This document shows positions 1-10,175 of a DNA stretch of 64,000 nucleotides, piece by piece. Under the pieces are notes generated by a model. The model made no database searches, was not told where the DNA came from, and worked only from the letters and a program-made list of their open reading frames with translations. Origin of the DNA: Candidatus Omnitrophota bacterium (GTDB taxonomy: Bacteria > Omnitrophota > Gorgyraeia > Zapsychrales > Fredricksoniimonadaceae). The position numbers were made by a program, and so were the translations under genes. Position 1 is the first letter of the stretch, and each line of letters opens with the position of its first letter. The stretch is from assembly GCA_021731625.1 (NCBI GenBank), contig JAKFXC010000062.1:4479-68478 (forward strand), read 5' to 3'.

Positions 1-501
1 TTAAAAGACATCTACAGCGCTGAGAAACAAATCACCAAGGCCTTGCCCAAGTTGGCAAAAGCCGCATCTTCAGATGATTTAAAAAAGGGGTTTCAGGAGC
101 ATTTGAAACAGACCGAAGGTCAAATCAATCGGCTGGAGAAAATATTCCGCCGTCTGGGCGAAAGCACTTCCGGTCCCAAATGCAAGGGGATGGAAGGTTT
201 ATTAGAAGAAGGCAGCGACTTCACTGAGGAACCTGCTTCTGCGGAAGTCCTGGATGCCGGAATGATTGTGGCCGCTCAGAAGGTCGAGCATTATGAGATC
301 GCCGCGTACGGCAGTCTCTGTACGTTTGCCAAATTGCTCGGTTACGATGAGGATTTGGACCTCTTAAAAGAAAGCATTGCTGAAGAGGAGGAGACCGACC
401 AAAAATTGACGGTATTGGCGGAATCCTACATCAACCAGGCCGCTGAGGAAAGTTCCATAATTGAGGAATCCGGTGCGGGGCGTGGCAAATCTAGGCGATA
501 A
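1..501 (+). CDS. Ferritin-like DUF892 (YciE/YciF-family) protein, 5' partial; reading frame is open from base 1
   Basis: The ORF frame continues to the window edge (LKDIYSAEKQITKALPKLAKAA...). The all-helical acidic sequence with EHYEIAAYGSL and QKLT motifs is typical of YciF/DUF892. Confidence 0.55.
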   Translation, partial: LKDIYSAEKQITKALPKLAKAASSDDLKKGFQEHLKQTEGQINRLEKIFRRLGESTSGPKCKGMEGLLEEGSDFTEEPASAEVLDAGMIVAAQKVEHYEIAAYGSLCTFAKLLGYDEDLDLLKESIAEEEETDQKLTVLAESYINQAAEESSIIEESGAGRGKSRR

Positions 502-531
502 GAACCGAACGTGTTAGCACTGTGGTGCATT

Positions 532-564
532 GAAAGCCCTTCATCTGGGATGAAGGGCTTTCGC
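532..564. terminator. Perfect 13-bp inverted repeat hairpin (gaaagcccttcatc / gatgaagggctttc) downstream of the first gene; no U-tract
   Basis: Seen directly in the sequence. Lacking a T-run, it may be a terminator-like or regulatory hairpin. Confidence 0.3.
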
Positions 565-631
565 ACATCTGCGAGGGGAGAATGATAATCCAAAATTTAT
601 TGACCATGCACGGACCTATTTTCTGCGGGGT

Positions 632-1102
632 TTGCTAGCCGTTATCCCGATCCTGCTGTGTGCGTTGTCGCTCAATTTGCTTTATGTTTTGATTGATAAA
701 AAGATCGTGGGGTTCTTGGATCGATTTATTGAGGTGCGTCAAATTCCTGGCCTGGGGATTGTTTTGCTGGCGATTTGCCTGTATTTGATCGGGCTGGTGG
801 CCAGCAATATCATCGGCCGCCAAGTTTTGCGGTTTCTTGAAAACATTACTCAGAAGATCCCTTTTTTAGGTTCCATTTACGGGATCGGTAAACAACTGAC
901 CCGGGGGTTTTCCGCCACCGGTAAAAAGCAAGCTTTTAAAAAAGCCCTGCTCATTAAATTGAGTGGTAATGATTTGTGGGTCCCGGCTTTTGTGATGAAT
1001 ACCCTCAAAAGCCGCAAAACCGCCGAGGATTTGTTTTTAGTCTATGTCCCGACGGTACCCACACCCACCGGAGGTTTTGTTTTTATTGTTAAAGCGTCCT
1101 AA
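632..1102 (+). CDS. DUF502 family membrane protein (TTG/CTG start)
   Basis: N-terminal TM helices plus the conserved QIPGLG...KIPFLGSIYG..KQLT motif of DUF502. The ORF opens after a TGA at 602; the first in-frame starts are non-ATG. Confidence 0.5.
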   Translation: MLAVIPILLCALSLNLLYVLIDKKIVGFLDRFIEVRQIPGLGIVLLAICLYLIGLVASNIIGRQVLRFLENITQKIPFLGSIYGIGKQLTRGFSATGKKQAFKKALLIKLSGNDLWVPAFVMNTLKSRKTAEDLFLVYVPTVPTPTGGFVFIVKAS

Positions 1103-1266
1103 ACCATGGATCCCGGTTGGTCGGTGGAAGAATGCGTGAAGCTGATTGTGTCCATGGGCATCGTGACCCCCAAACATATTGAAATTTAATAAGTTTTTAA
1201 CCCTCTATTCATTATCAAAATGAGAAGCTATAGCCAATCGTTCAAATCCACTAAAGAGGAGCCGCT

Positions 1267-1812
1267 ATGAGACCTACCCTAGAGTTGCCCAGACTGACCA
1301 TGCCGGTAAGTACCCGAGACCACATCAGAGGCAATATCAACGCGCCTGTCACTTTATTGGAGTATGGCGATTTTGAGTGTTTGCATTGCGCGGCGGCCCA
1401 CAAGATTTTGAGTTTAATCCGCATCGAAAGCCAGGATTGGGTGCGCTTCGTGTATCGCCATTTTCCATTGGCGACCGTGCACCCGCACGCCACAGCTTCG
1501 GCGGAAGCGGCGGAAGCGGCCGGCGGCCAGGGAAAATTTTGGGACATGCACGATTTTTTGTTTGAGAACCAGGAGAGCTTGGGAGACACCGAGTTGATCG
1601 ACGAGGCCCACACGTTGGGGCTGGATACAGATCAGTTCGCTCAAGACATGGAGGAACACGTGTATTTGCGGCGCGTGCAAGAAGATTTTCGCAGCGGCAT
1701 CCGCAGCGGGGTCAATGGGACGCCGGCATTTTTCATCAACGGCCACCGCCACAATGGCGGATATGACCTGGAATCGTTGTGGGAAGCGGTTGTTATTGCC
1801 AAGAAAGGATAA
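1267..1812 (+). CDS. DsbA-family thioredoxin-fold thiol:disulfide oxidoreductase
   Basis: YGDFECLHCAAAH CXXC motif and NGTPAFFING motif; the ~180-aa length is typical of the DsbA/Thioredoxin_4 fold. Confidence 0.75.
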   Translation: MRPTLELPRLTMPVSTRDHIRGNINAPVTLLEYGDFECLHCAAAHKILSLIRIESQDWVRFVYRHFPLATVHPHATASAEAAEAAGGQGKFWDMHDFLFENQESLGDTELIDEAHTLGLDTDQFAQDMEEHVYLRRVQEDFRSGIRSGVNGTPAFFINGHRHNGGYDLESLWEAVVIAKKG

Positions 1813-1907
1813 AAGGCCGGCCGCTCCCTGCGACCAACCGGGAGTGCCCGATATGAGGGCCGGCCGGCACGTTATCGAATATGCAATAGGATAAACAGGA
1901 GACAGCT

Positions 1908-2240
1908 ATGAATAAAATGCTCATGACAACGTTTTTAGTGACAGGTCTGGCCTTGCCGGCTTTAGCGGCGGACCAATATAACAAAAACCAAAACAAGGGG
2001 ATTGTCAGCCGAGGCGACATGAGCATGCCCTCGGACTTAAACGTCAGAGGAATGGTCATGATGTTGGACCAGGCGACCAATACCATCACGATCAGTGAAT
2101 ACAATTCCGGCATAGATCGCACCTTTACAGTTGCCAACCAAAGCGACTTAAGGGACATTAAAACCGGGGATAAAGTCAGTGTGACGCCTCAGGAGAACAA
2201 TGAAAATACGGCCAGCAAGATCAGAAAAGACGTATCGTAA
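1908..2240 (+). CDS. CusF-like periplasmic metal-binding protein (signal peptide, small OB-fold)
   Basis: Signal peptide LALPALAA. Core VRGMVMMLDQATNTITISE...TFTVANQSDLRDIKTGDKVSV matches the CusF pattern (G.V..ID...ITI.H......MTM.F.......L..GD.V). RBS aggaga upstream. Confidence 0.55.
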   Translation: MNKMLMTTFLVTGLALPALAADQYNKNQNKGIVSRGDMSMPSDLNVRGMVMMLDQATNTITISEYNSGIDRTFTVANQSDLRDIKTGDKVSVTPQENNENTASKIRKDVS

Positions 2241-2275
2241 TCTGATCAGGCAGCTACCGTTCTCATGAGCACCAA

Positions 2276-2314
2276 GGGTCCTTTGTAATGAATGATTACA
2301 AAGGACCTTTTTTT
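2276..2314 (+). terminator. Rho-independent terminator (13-bp stem gggtcctttgtaat/attacaaaggacc, 5-nt loop, T7 tract)
   Basis: Perfect inverted repeat followed by ttttttt, immediately after the cusF-like stop. Confidence 0.75.
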
Positions 2315-2380
2315 ACTGCCGTGCAAGGCCCCAGCCATCGCTACTCATACCCATTCAGCAATTGACAGCGGGTCAAATTA

Positions 2381-2395
2381 TGATACACTGTATCA
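2381..2395. promoter_or_regulatory. 15-bp perfect palindrome TGATACAcTGTATCA immediately upstream of the fur-family start; candidate Fur/Zur-type operator
   Basis: A 7-1-7 inverted repeat seen in the sequence. It overlaps a TTGACA (2363-2368) promoter-like region and sits just 5' of ATG 2398. Confidence 0.4.
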
Positions 2396-2397
2396 CT

Positions 2398-2835
2398 ATG
2401 GACACGCGTATCGATCAAGAACAGCAAAGGTACCAATCTTATCTTAGCAACGAAGGCCTGCGGTTCAGCCGGGGCCGCCAGACTGTCTTCCGCCAGGCCA
2501 TCCATGCCCACGGCCATTTTAGCGCCGAAGAAATCTCCAAGATCTGCACGCAGTTAAACCCAGCAGTGTCCCGGGCCACGGTGTACCGCACTTTGCATGA
2601 AATGCTGGAGGCCGGCATCATCCGCGGCACCGCGTTTGGGGACAAACACCAGAATTATGAACATCTCTATGATGAGAAAAAGCACCATCATGCCCAGTGT
2701 GTGCGCTGCCATTGCTTTATTGAATTTCCGGATTTAGACGAGGATCGGCGCTACCACCCTTTATTAGAGAAACAAGGATTTAAGATCCTTGGCCATGAAA
2801 TGCATTTTTACGGGATTTGCCGGAGGTGCCAATGA
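2398..2835 (+). CDS. Fur-family metalloregulator (Fur/Zur/Mur-like), 145 aa
   Basis: HFSAEEI...RATVYRTLHEMLEAGI DNA-binding helix, HHHAQCVRCHC..HEMHFYGICRRC metal sites. The ORF track starts at 2362, but the 2398 start gives the typical Fur length and leaves the palindrome upstream. Confidence 0.75.
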   Translation: MDTRIDQEQQRYQSYLSNEGLRFSRGRQTVFRQAIHAHGHFSAEEISKICTQLNPAVSRATVYRTLHEMLEAGIIRGTAFGDKHQNYEHLYDEKKHHHAQCVRCHCFIEFPDLDEDRRYHPLLEKQGFKILGHEMHFYGICRRCQ

Positions 2836-3683
2836 CCTACAAATGGGTGGTTTTGATTGTCTTTATAAATAGTTGGGCCGGCAGCGCCTATGGAGCGGCC
2901 GCAGACAAGGGCGCATTTCATTTGTTAAATCCTACTCCGCGGGAATTGATGAGGGAAATGTCCACTGACCGGCCGGACAAAACCGAAAGCCCCTATACAG
3001 TGGATGCCGGGCACTTCCAAATGGAAGCGAGTTTGATGGACTACACGTACGATCATAAGAATACCGAACGCAGCGATGAAAGGGTGGATAATTATAGTGT
3101 ATTCCCGCTCAACCTAAAGGCTGGTTTGACCAACAATGTCGACCTGCAAGTGGTGTTAAACCCTTATATCCGGGAACATAACCGGGGAGAAGGAGCAAAA
3201 GCGACTAAAACGGGCTTCGGTGATGTCCAGACCCGATTGAAGATCAATGTCTGGGGCAATGACGAAGGGCCCACCGCGTTTGCACTTATGCCTTTTGTGA
3301 AATTTCCCACCAATACCGACGATCTTGGCAATAAAGCTATGGAAGGAGGCCTGATTGTGCCTTTGGCCGTTTCTTTGCCAGCAGGATGGGGTCTTGGTTT
3401 GATGACGGAATTTGACTTTAACCGCAATGCGGACAAGGATTACTATACAGATTTTATTAATACCATCACGCTGGGGCATCAGATCGTCGGCAATCTGGAT
3501 GGTTATGTGGAATTTTTTGGCAGTTTTAATGATGAGCCGGAGTCCCCATGGGTGGGCACCGTCGATTTAGGGCTCACCTATGCGCTGACCGAAGACATTC
3601 AGTTAGATACCGGGGTCAACATAGGGGTCACCCGTTCCGCTGATGATTTTAACCCTTTTATCGGGTGTTCGATAAGATACTGA
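2832..3683 (+). CDS. Outer-membrane beta-barrel protein of the MetA-pathway/transporter-like family (PF13557-like), signal peptide
   Basis: ATGA overlap with the fur stop and a ggaggtg RBS. Signal peptide WAGSAYGAAA and alternating beta-strand pattern; the conserved TDRPD N-terminal motif is typical of this barrel family. Confidence 0.5.
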   Translation: MTYKWVVLIVFINSWAGSAYGAAADKGAFHLLNPTPRELMREMSTDRPDKTESPYTVDAGHFQMEASLMDYTYDHKNTERSDERVDNYSVFPLNLKAGLTNNVDLQVVLNPYIREHNRGEGAKATKTGFGDVQTRLKINVWGNDEGPTAFALMPFVKFPTNTDDLGNKAMEGGLIVPLAVSLPAGWGLGLMTEFDFNRNADKDYYTDFINTITLGHQIVGNLDGYVEFFGSFNDEPESPWVGTVDLGLTYALTEDIQLDTGVNIGVTRSADDFNPFIGCSIRY

Positions 3684-3693
3684 AAGGAAATGT

Positions 3694-4623
3694 ATGATTT
3701 TATTTTTAGTCTTTGTGTTGATGGCGGTGCCCGCCGGTGCTGCCGTGGCAGCGACGGAAGAGGTTAAACCCAAACGCGTGGTCACCACCTTTACGATTTT
3801 ACAGGATATGGCGCAAAATGTGGCCGGCACCGTGGCCATTGTCGAATCCGTCACCAAACCCGGGGCGGAAATCCATGAATATGAGCCCACTCCGCTGGAC
3901 GTGGTCAAAGCTCAATCCGCTGATTTGGTTTTGTGGAACGGCCTCGGCCTCGAGCGATGGTTTGAAAAATTTTTCAGCAAAATCAAAAAGGTCCCCAGCG
4001 CGTATTTATCGGAAGGGATCGAACCTATGAGCATTGTGGAGGGCCCATACACCGGAAAAGCCAACCCCCATTCCTGGATGTCCCCGGCCAACGCGGTCAT
4101 TTATGTGGAGAACATACGTCAGGCCTTCATTGCCATGGACCCGGCCAACGCCGAAACCTATAATACCAACGCTGCCCTCTATATCGCCAAAATCAAAGCC
4201 GTGGACGAGCCTGTAAGGAAGAAATTGGAGGAAATCCCCCAGGACCAACGCTGGTTAGTCAGCAGCGAAGGGGCTTTTTCGTACCTTATTCGAAATTATG
4301 CCATGAAAGAACTTTATTTGTGGCCAGTCAATGCCGACAGCGAGGGCACTCCCAAACAGGTGCGCAAAGTGGTGGACACCGTGCGCAAAAATAAAATTCC
4401 GGTTGTTTTTGCGGAGAGCACCGTGAGTGACAAACCCATGCGGCAAGTGGCCAAGGAAACCGGGGCCCGGTTTGGCGGAGTGCTTTACGTGGACTCGCTG
4501 ACCGATGAGAACGGGCCAGCCTCCACATATCTTAAGCTCCTGCAATTTAATGCTAACACCATTGTCGAGGGGTTTGCCGGTAAAACGCATAAGGATGAGG
4601 GAGTTTCCAATGGATCAAAATGA
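3694..4623 (+). CDS. Metal ABC transporter substrate-binding protein (TroA/SitA/MntC/ZnuA cluster 9 family)
   Basis: Signal peptide; conserved [15 protein letters not shown] and DSL motifs. It lacks the His-rich ZnuA loop, and the two downstream permeases suggest an Mn/Fe/Zn SitABCD-type system. Confidence 0.8.
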   Translation: MILFLVFVLMAVPAGAAVAATEEVKPKRVVTTFTILQDMAQNVAGTVAIVESVTKPGAEIHEYEPTPLDVVKAQSADLVLWNGLGLERWFEKFFSKIKKVPSAYLSEGIEPMSIVEGPYTGKANPHSWMSPANAVIYVENIRQAFIAMDPANAETYNTNAALYIAKIKAVDEPVRKKLEEIPQDQRWLVSSEGAFSYLIRNYAMKELYLWPVNADSEGTPKQVRKVVDTVRKNKIPVVFAESTVSDKPMRQVAKETGARFGGVLYVDSLTDENGPASTYLKLLQFNANTIVEGFAGKTHKDEGVSNGSK

Positions 4624-5497
4624 AGGACCATTGACTTTGGAGCTTAAAGACCTCACCGTGGTCTATAACAACGGGTATGTGGGGTTGAAAAATGTCAGTT
4701 TTGACTTAGGCCCGGGCACGGTGTGCGCCTTGGTGGGTGTCAACGGCAGTGGCAAGTCGACTCTCTTTAAAGCGATCATGGGTTTTTTAAAACCGGCCCG
4801 GGGCAGTGTCCGGCTCGCCGGGCACTCGGTGGGGGCTGCCCTTCATAAAAATTTGGTGGCCTATGTGCCGCAATCCGAGGACGTGGATTGGACTTTTCCA
4901 GTAAGTGTTTGGGATGTGGTGCTGATGGGGCGTTATGGGTACATGAATTTTTTAAGGATCCCTAGCCTGGAAGATCAGAGCATCGCATTAAAGAGCCTGG
5001 AACGGGTGAATATGCAGGATTATCGCGACCGTCAGATCGGCGAATTGTCCGGCGGGCAGAAAAAGCGGGTCTTCTTGGCCCGGGCCTTAGCCCAGGGCGG
5101 GGGGATCATGCTGTTGGATGAGCCCTTTACCGGTGTGGATGTGAAAACAGAGTCCGCTATCATTGGACTTTTGCAGGAATTGCGTCGGGACGGACACATC
5201 ATTTTAGTCTCTACTCACAACCTGGGTTCGGTGCCGGATTTTTGTGACCAAGTGGTGCTTATTAATCGCACGGTGTTGGCGTTTGGGCCGACGGCGGAAG
5301 TCTTCACTGAGGCGAACTTGGGACGGGCTTTCGGTGGTGCCTTGAGACATTTGAAGTTTGACCACACCGATGTGCCGGGGGCGCGCAATGAAGTGGTGGT
5401 CTTAAGCGATGATGAGCGTCCGCTGGTCTTGGGACAGGACGGCCAGCCCAGCCATTTGGAAGACACGGAAAAAGATAAGAAGGACAAGGAACCATGA
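4610..5497 (+). CDS. Metal ABC transporter ATP-binding protein (SitB/MntB/TroB-like)
   Basis: Walker [10 protein letters not shown], signature LSGGQKKR, Walker B MLLDEP. Start set at ATG 4610 ([15 protein letters not shown]), overlapping the SBP stop by 14 nt. Confidence 0.8.
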   Translation: MDQNEGPLTLELKDLTVVYNNGYVGLKNVSFDLGPGTVCALVGVNGSGKSTLFKAIMGFLKPARGSVRLAGHSVGAALHKNLVAYVPQSEDVDWTFPVSVWDVVLMGRYGYMNFLRIPSLEDQSIALKSLERVNMQDYRDRQIGELSGGQKKRVFLARALAQGGGIMLLDEPFTGVDVKTESAIIGLLQELRRDGHIILVSTHNLGSVPDFCDQVVLINRTVLAFGPTAEVFTEANLGRAFGGALRHLKFDHTDVPGARNEVVVLSDDERPLVLGQDGQPSHLEDTEKDKKDKEP

Positions 5498-6357
5498 TCG
5501 AGAATTTGTTGGTCCCTTTCCAATACGAATATATGCAAAAGGCGATTTTTGTCAGCGCCCTGATCGGCGGGGTCTGCGCGTTTCTGTCCTGCTATATCAT
5601 ACTCAAAGGCTGGTCGCTGATGGGGGATGCTTTGTCCCATTCCATTGTGCCAGGTGTTTCCATCGCCTATATGTTGGGTATTCCTTTTGCCTTCGGGGCA
5701 TTCTTTGCTGGGCTGGGCGCGGCTGGCCTCATGGCGTATCTCAAATCCAATACCCGCATCCGTGAGGACGCGGTCATCGGCGTGGTGTTCACCACTTTTT
5801 TTGCTTTAGGGCTGCTGTTGATTTCTCTTTATCCCAGCAACATTAATCTGCGCACCATTGTATTTGGAAATATTTTGGGAATATCGGACCCCGACACCAT
5901 GCAGGTGGTGATCATCTCGGCGCTTAGCTTATTGATCATCGGCTGCAAGTGGAAAGACTTGCTGCTTTTTTGTTTTGATGCCAACCACGCCCGCAGCCTT
6001 GGCCTGAATGTGCGGGCCCTGCACCTTATGCTCCTGACTTTGCTGGCAATGACCGCCGTAGCAGCTTTGCAGACGGTGGGGGCCTGTTTGGTGGTGGCGA
6101 TGCTGGTGACGCCGGGCGCCACCGCATATTTGTTGACCGACCGTTTCAGTAAAATGCTTATGCTGGCCTGTCTCATGGGGGTCGGCAGTTCCTTAGTCGG
6201 CGCCTATGTGAGCTATTTTATCGACGGCTCCACCGGGGGCTGCATTGTGGTGCTGCAGACGATGATATTTTTACTCGCCCTGTTTTTTGCCCCTAAACAC
6301 GGCATCATGGCCCACCGGTCGCAACGGCAATCGGCGTCGGCTTTATCAGCGCCATGA
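5494..6357 (+). CDS. Metal ABC transporter permease (SitC/TroC-like)
   Basis: ABC-3 family permease, 8-9 TM helices, paralogous to the next gene; ATGA overlap with the ATPase. Confidence 0.8.
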   Translation: MIENLLVPFQYEYMQKAIFVSALIGGVCAFLSCYIILKGWSLMGDALSHSIVPGVSIAYMLGIPFAFGAFFAGLGAAGLMAYLKSNTRIREDAVIGVVFTTFFALGLLLISLYPSNINLRTIVFGNILGISDPDTMQVVIISALSLLIIGCKWKDLLLFCFDANHARSLGLNVRALHLMLLTLLAMTAVAALQTVGACLVVAMLVTPGATAYLLTDRFSKMLMLACLMGVGSSLVGAYVSYFIDGSTGGCIVVLQTMIFLLALFFAPKHGIMAHRSQRQSASALSAP

Positions 6358-7187
6358 ATTTCTTAGCCCCCTTTCAATATGATTTTATGGTTCAGGCCCT
6401 GGCCGTGGGGGCGTTAGTCGGTGCCGTGTGTGCGGTTTTTTCCTGCTTTCTGGTCCTGAAAGGCTGGTCGCTCATGGGGGACGCTGTCTCGCACGCCGTG
6501 CTGCCGGGCATTGTGATCGCTTATATGGTTGGGTTGCCTTTGGCTTTGGGTGCTTTTTTATCCGGCCTTTTTTGCGCCGTGGCCACTGGGTTTATCAAGG
6601 AAAATACCCGGGTCAAAGAGGACACGTCGATGGGGATCGTATTTACCGGATTATTTGCTTTGGGTCTAGTCTTATTTACCAAAGTAGAAACGGACATCCA
6701 TTTAAACCACATCCTGTTCGGCAGCCTGCTGGGAATTTCCAAGCGGGACATCATCCAAACTTCCCTGGTTGCCACCATCACTCTGACAGTGATTTTATTA
6801 CTGCGCAAAGATCTGCTGCTGTTTTGTTTTGACCCCAGCCAGGCCCGCAGCATTGGCCTTAATACCAAATTGCTGTATTATGTGCTATTGTCCTTATTGT
6901 CCGCCACCATCGTGGCGGCATTGCAAGCGGTCGGCATCATCCTGGTCATCGCCATGTTGATTACGCCGGGATGCATTGCGTACCTTTTAAGTGACCGCTT
7001 TAACCATATGCTGATCATTGCCTCCGTTAGTGCGGTTTTTTCCTGTCTGGTCGGGACCTACATCAGTTATTTTATCAACGGCTCGACGGCGGGGTGCATT
7101 GTGCTCGTGCAGGCCCTATTATTTACCCTGGCGGTGATCTTTGCCCCCAAACATGGTTTGCTGGCGCAAAGATCCCGTTTGGTATAG
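6354..7187 (+). CDS. Metal ABC transporter permease (SitD/TroD-like)
   Basis: Paralog of the preceding permease ([13 protein letters not shown] motif in both); ATGA overlap. Confidence 0.8.
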   Translation: MNFLAPFQYDFMVQALAVGALVGAVCAVFSCFLVLKGWSLMGDAVSHAVLPGIVIAYMVGLPLALGAFLSGLFCAVATGFIKENTRVKEDTSMGIVFTGLFALGLVLFTKVETDIHLNHILFGSLLGISKRDIIQTSLVATITLTVILLLRKDLLLFCFDPSQARSIGLNTKLLYYVLLSLLSATIVAALQAVGIILVIAMLITPGCIAYLLSDRFNHMLIIASVSAVFSCLVGTYISYFINGSTAGCIVLVQALLFTLAVIFAPKHGLLAQRSRLV

Positions 7188-7210
7188 AATAGAAGGGTTT
7201 TTTCATAGGC

Positions 7211-7236
7211 AAGCCCCTTCGGGGGGTTACTTTGTC
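7211..7236 (+). terminator. Short GC hairpin (aagcccc ttcg ggggtt) after the permease operon; weak terminator candidate
   Basis: Stem-loop with a UUCG-type tetraloop; the downstream T content is modest. Confidence 0.3.
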
Positions 7237-7256
7237 GTAGAATAAACGGAGGGAAT

Positions 7257-7817
7257 ATGGATGACGCGTTAAAAGAACGGGGGCGTAGTCTGGAGGAAAT
7301 GTTTTTTAAGCAGCGGGATGCCGAGTTAATTGCCCAACGCAAAAAACTGGCCGAAATGAGCCAGACCCGCGAATCTTTGGCCCAGATTTCCGGGATCAAA
7401 AATCCCCAAGTGTTGGACAAATTGATCGAATCAGGAATTACTGCCAGCACTTTGGCGTCGCTTTCGCTGTTGCCTCTGGTTGAGGTGGCCTGGGCGGATG
7501 GGCAATTGAGCGAACCAGAGAAAAAAGCCGTGCTGACTGCCGCTGCCAAAGGCGGGCTCACCCAGGGGTCTGTCAATTATCAGCTGCTGGAAAATTGGCT
7601 CAAAGAGCGTCCTGCGGCCAAGCTTTTGGATGCTTGGGTGCACTACATCCGCGGCCTGCGGGATGTTCTCAACCCTCAGGAACTACGCGGGGTCAAATCC
7701 GATTTGCTGTCTCGGGCCCGGGCCGTGGCCGAGGCCGCCGGCGGGTTTATGGGCGTTTCCAAGATATCGCCGGAGGAACAGGCGGTTTTTAAGAAAATGG
7801 AAGATGCCTTCGCCTAG
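7257..7817 (+). CDS. TerB-like (tellurite-resistance TerB / DjlA N-domain-like) protein
   Basis: The motif LVEVAWADGQLSEPEKKAVL is characteristic of TerB-family helical bundles. Confidence 0.45.
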   Translation: MDDALKERGRSLEEMFFKQRDAELIAQRKKLAEMSQTRESLAQISGIKNPQVLDKLIESGITASTLASLSLLPLVEVAWADGQLSEPEKKAVLTAAAKGGLTQGSVNYQLLENWLKERPAAKLLDAWVHYIRGLRDVLNPQELRGVKSDLLSRARAVAEAAGGFMGVSKISPEEQAVFKKMEDAFA

Positions 7818-7825
7818 AGCATACG

Positions 7826-8404
7826 ATGACCACTAGCAAACAGCTGTTTTTTGTGGCGTTTATATTCGTTTCCGCCATTGCCCTGGCCTGGGCTTTTCAA
7901 GTCGGCCCGGTCGAATTTGCCAACCGAACCAGTGCCGGTCCCACCCTGTTGGTTTTAAAGGGCGCCGGATTAAAGAAATTCCTGGGCATACAAGTCGTGA
8001 CCGTGGCATTTTATATGCCCGCACGATTGAGTAGTCAACTCGCGCTCACCGATATTCCCAAACGCCTGGAAGTGGTCTACCTTCAGAACATCCCGCAAGA
8101 GGAACTGCAAAGAGCCACCAGCAAAGGGATCCGTAAAAATATTTCCAAAGAAGAGTATCTGCGGCTGCAACCCAAGATCGAGGCCGTCAACAGCATGTAC
8201 CCCGACGTGCGCAAAGGCGACAAGATCACCGTGGTCTATACACCCCAAGACGGGCTCAAACTATCGGTGAATGAAGTCTATAAGGGGACGGTGCCGGGTG
8301 CGGACATTGCCCGGGCCTTTTTTGCCATTTGGGTGGGGGAGGCCCCGGTCGATGCGGCCATGAAAGCCATATTGCTGGGAGAAAAGAATGGGCCAAACCT
8401 TTAA
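7826..8404 (+). CDS. Chalcone-isomerase-like (Chalcone_3 family) protein with signal peptide/anchor
   Basis: N-terminal hydrophobic segment; LLVLKGAGLKKFLGIQVVTVAFYMP and the C-terminal AFFAIWVGEAPVD pattern match bacterial chalcone-isomerase-like proteins. Confidence 0.5.
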   Translation: MTTSKQLFFVAFIFVSAIALAWAFQVGPVEFANRTSAGPTLLVLKGAGLKKFLGIQVVTVAFYMPARLSSQLALTDIPKRLEVVYLQNIPQEELQRATSKGIRKNISKEEYLRLQPKIEAVNSMYPDVRKGDKITVVYTPQDGLKLSVNEVYKGTVPGADIARAFFAIWVGEAPVDAAMKAILLGEKNGPNL

Positions 8405-8547
8405 AGGCAAAGAAGCCGTCCTGGCAAGCTTGGCAATTGGCATGGCTGTTGACGTATTATTTGCCGATTTATTTCTTACGCCGGTTGCAGCGCAAGTCCG
8501 CTGCCCGCCGTGGTGTTAACTAACCGACCAATCAGGAGAGGAGGCGT

Positions 8548-8862
8548 ATGGTTCTTACCAATATTGACAATATCCCAGGCCGAACGATCAAAGCGCATTA
8601 CGGTCTTGTCAGTGGGAGCACGGTGCGGTCCAAAAATGCGTTTAAGGATTTTGGCACTGGCTTAAAAAGTATTTTTGGGGGAGAGCTCAAAAGTTATACC
8701 CAACTTATGGAGGAAACCCGGAAAGAGGCATTGGAGCGCATGACGGAACAAGCCAGGCAAATGGGTGCCAATGCTGTGGTGAATGTTCGTTTTGCCACCG
8801 CCGACGTGGCGCCGGGAGCGGCGGAGATCTATGTGTATGGCACGGCCGTGACGCTGGAATAG
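8548..8862 (+). CDS. YbjQ/UPF0145 family (heavy-metal-binding-like) protein
   Basis: The ~104-aa sequence with GANAVVNVRF...YGTAV is the canonical YbjQ (DUF74) signature. Confidence 0.75.
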   Translation: MVLTNIDNIPGRTIKAHYGLVSGSTVRSKNAFKDFGTGLKSIFGGELKSYTQLMEETRKEALERMTEQARQMGANAVVNVRFATADVAPGAAEIYVYGTAVTLE

Positions 8863-8883
8863 CCCAAAACTTACGGAGGATGT

Positions 8884-9321
8884 ATGGCAGATTTTATTAA
8901 TCTGATGCTGTTCCTGGTCGCTCTGGGGACAGGGTATTTTTTCGGTTCGCGTATCGAAAAGAAACATTATCAAGAAATAGAGGCGAGGGAACAGGCCCTG
9001 CATCATTTGCCTGCCGTGACCGGTAAGAATTTTTTGGGGGATCGCCCGGTGGCGGCAGCCAACCTGGTCTCGGCCAACGTGGTCATTTGCACCGATTATT
9101 TTAAATTGGTGACCACGGCCTTGCGGAATATTTTGGGAGGCCGGGTCATGGCCTGCGAATCTTTGGTGGACCGGGCCCGACGGGAAGCGATCTTGCGCCT
9201 CAAAGAGCGGTCCGGCGGGGCAGACATCATCATCAACTTACGGGTGGTGTCTTCCCGCATCGGTGAAGGATATTCCGTGGAGGCTTTGGCGTATGGGACA
9301 GCCGTCACCTACAGCAAATGA
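8884..9321 (+). CDS. YbjQ/DUF74-family protein with N-terminal TM anchor
   Basis: TM helix followed by a DUF74 core (GADIIINLRV...YGTAVTY); paralog of the preceding gene. Confidence 0.6.
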   Translation: MADFINLMLFLVALGTGYFFGSRIEKKHYQEIEAREQALHHLPAVTGKNFLGDRPVAAANLVSANVVICTDYFKLVTTALRNILGGRVMACESLVDRARREAILRLKERSGGADIIINLRVVSSRIGEGYSVEALAYGTAVTYSK

Positions 9322-10175
9322 AGTTTGAATCCCGTCCTTTAAGCGGCAATGTCAACGTCGCACCCTGCAATCCTTTAAAGGATTTTCTAGATTTGGGTTT
9401 AAGGATTTTCGGGTGCGTCATCCTGCTGTATGTTCTCTTGGGCTGGGCCGCGGAAATTTTGGCGGTCCGCATTCCGCCGGCTTTTGAAGACAAACTGGCC
9501 AGGGCCCTCACCTTTGAGTTTAATAAAATTCCTCCCACCGCCTTGGAAGCGTATGCCACGGGGCTGACCAACAAGCTGGCTTCGTTAACGGAAGATTTAA
9601 AGGGACGCAATTTTGTGGTCCATATCATGCCCGAGAAGGAAGCCAATGCCTTGGCATGGCCCGGCGGGAATATTGTCTTGACGTCTGGCCTTTTTGAGGC
9701 GGTGCACTCGGAGAATGACCTGGCCATGGTGTTGGGGCATGAACTCGGGCATTATGCCCATCGGGACCACCTGCGGGGCTTAGGCCGGGGATTGGTGCTT
9801 TTGGCCATTTCCGTGACGGTGTTTGGGGCAGACACCAGGTCGGGGAGCTTATTTGCCAATCTGGTCTCCGACAGCGAAATGCACAATTCGCGGGAACGCG
9901 AAGCGGCCGCGGACGCCTATGGCCTCCAGGTATTGTTTAAATCCTACGGCCATGTTGGCGGGGCAGATGCGTTCTTCAATTATGCCAAAACCAAAGAAGA
10001 AAAAATGCCGGCGTGGATTCATTTTTTGTCCACGCATCCTTCCTCGCAGAAGCGCTTGGCAGCATTAAAAACAATTGCGGCGAATAGGCATTGGCCCACG
10101 GCGCCGGTGCAACCATTCCCGCCAACCTTGTCCAAAAACATTGAAGACATTCGCAAGCCGCTCAAGAAGCGCTGA
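9318..10175 (+). CDS. M48 family zinc metalloprotease (HtpX/Ste24-like)
   Basis: HELGH zinc-binding motif (GHELGHYAHRDH) plus a downstream E (NSRERE) and membrane segments. Confidence 0.8.
   Translation: MKFESRPLSGNVNVAPCNPLKDFLDLGLRIFGCVILLYVLLGWAAEILAVRIPPAFEDKLARALTFEFNKIPPTALEAYATGLTNKLASLTEDLKGRNFVVHIMPEKEANALAWPGGNIVLTSGLFEAVHSENDLAMVLGHELGHYAHRDHLRGLGRGLVLLAISVTVFGADTRSGSLFANLVSDSEMHNSREREAAADAYGLQVLFKSYGHVGGADAFFNYAKTKEEKMPAWIHFLSTHPSSQKRLAALKTIAANRHWPTAPVQPFPPTLSKNIEDIRKPLKKR

Noticed and set aside
4034-4216. Pro/Arg-rich alternative-frame ORFs (also 44030..44527, 44028..44270, 7595..7836)
   Set aside because: They are off-frame translations of GC-rich coding sequence inside confidently assigned genes (SBP, Thr-rich lipoprotein, TerB-like) and have compositional bias only.
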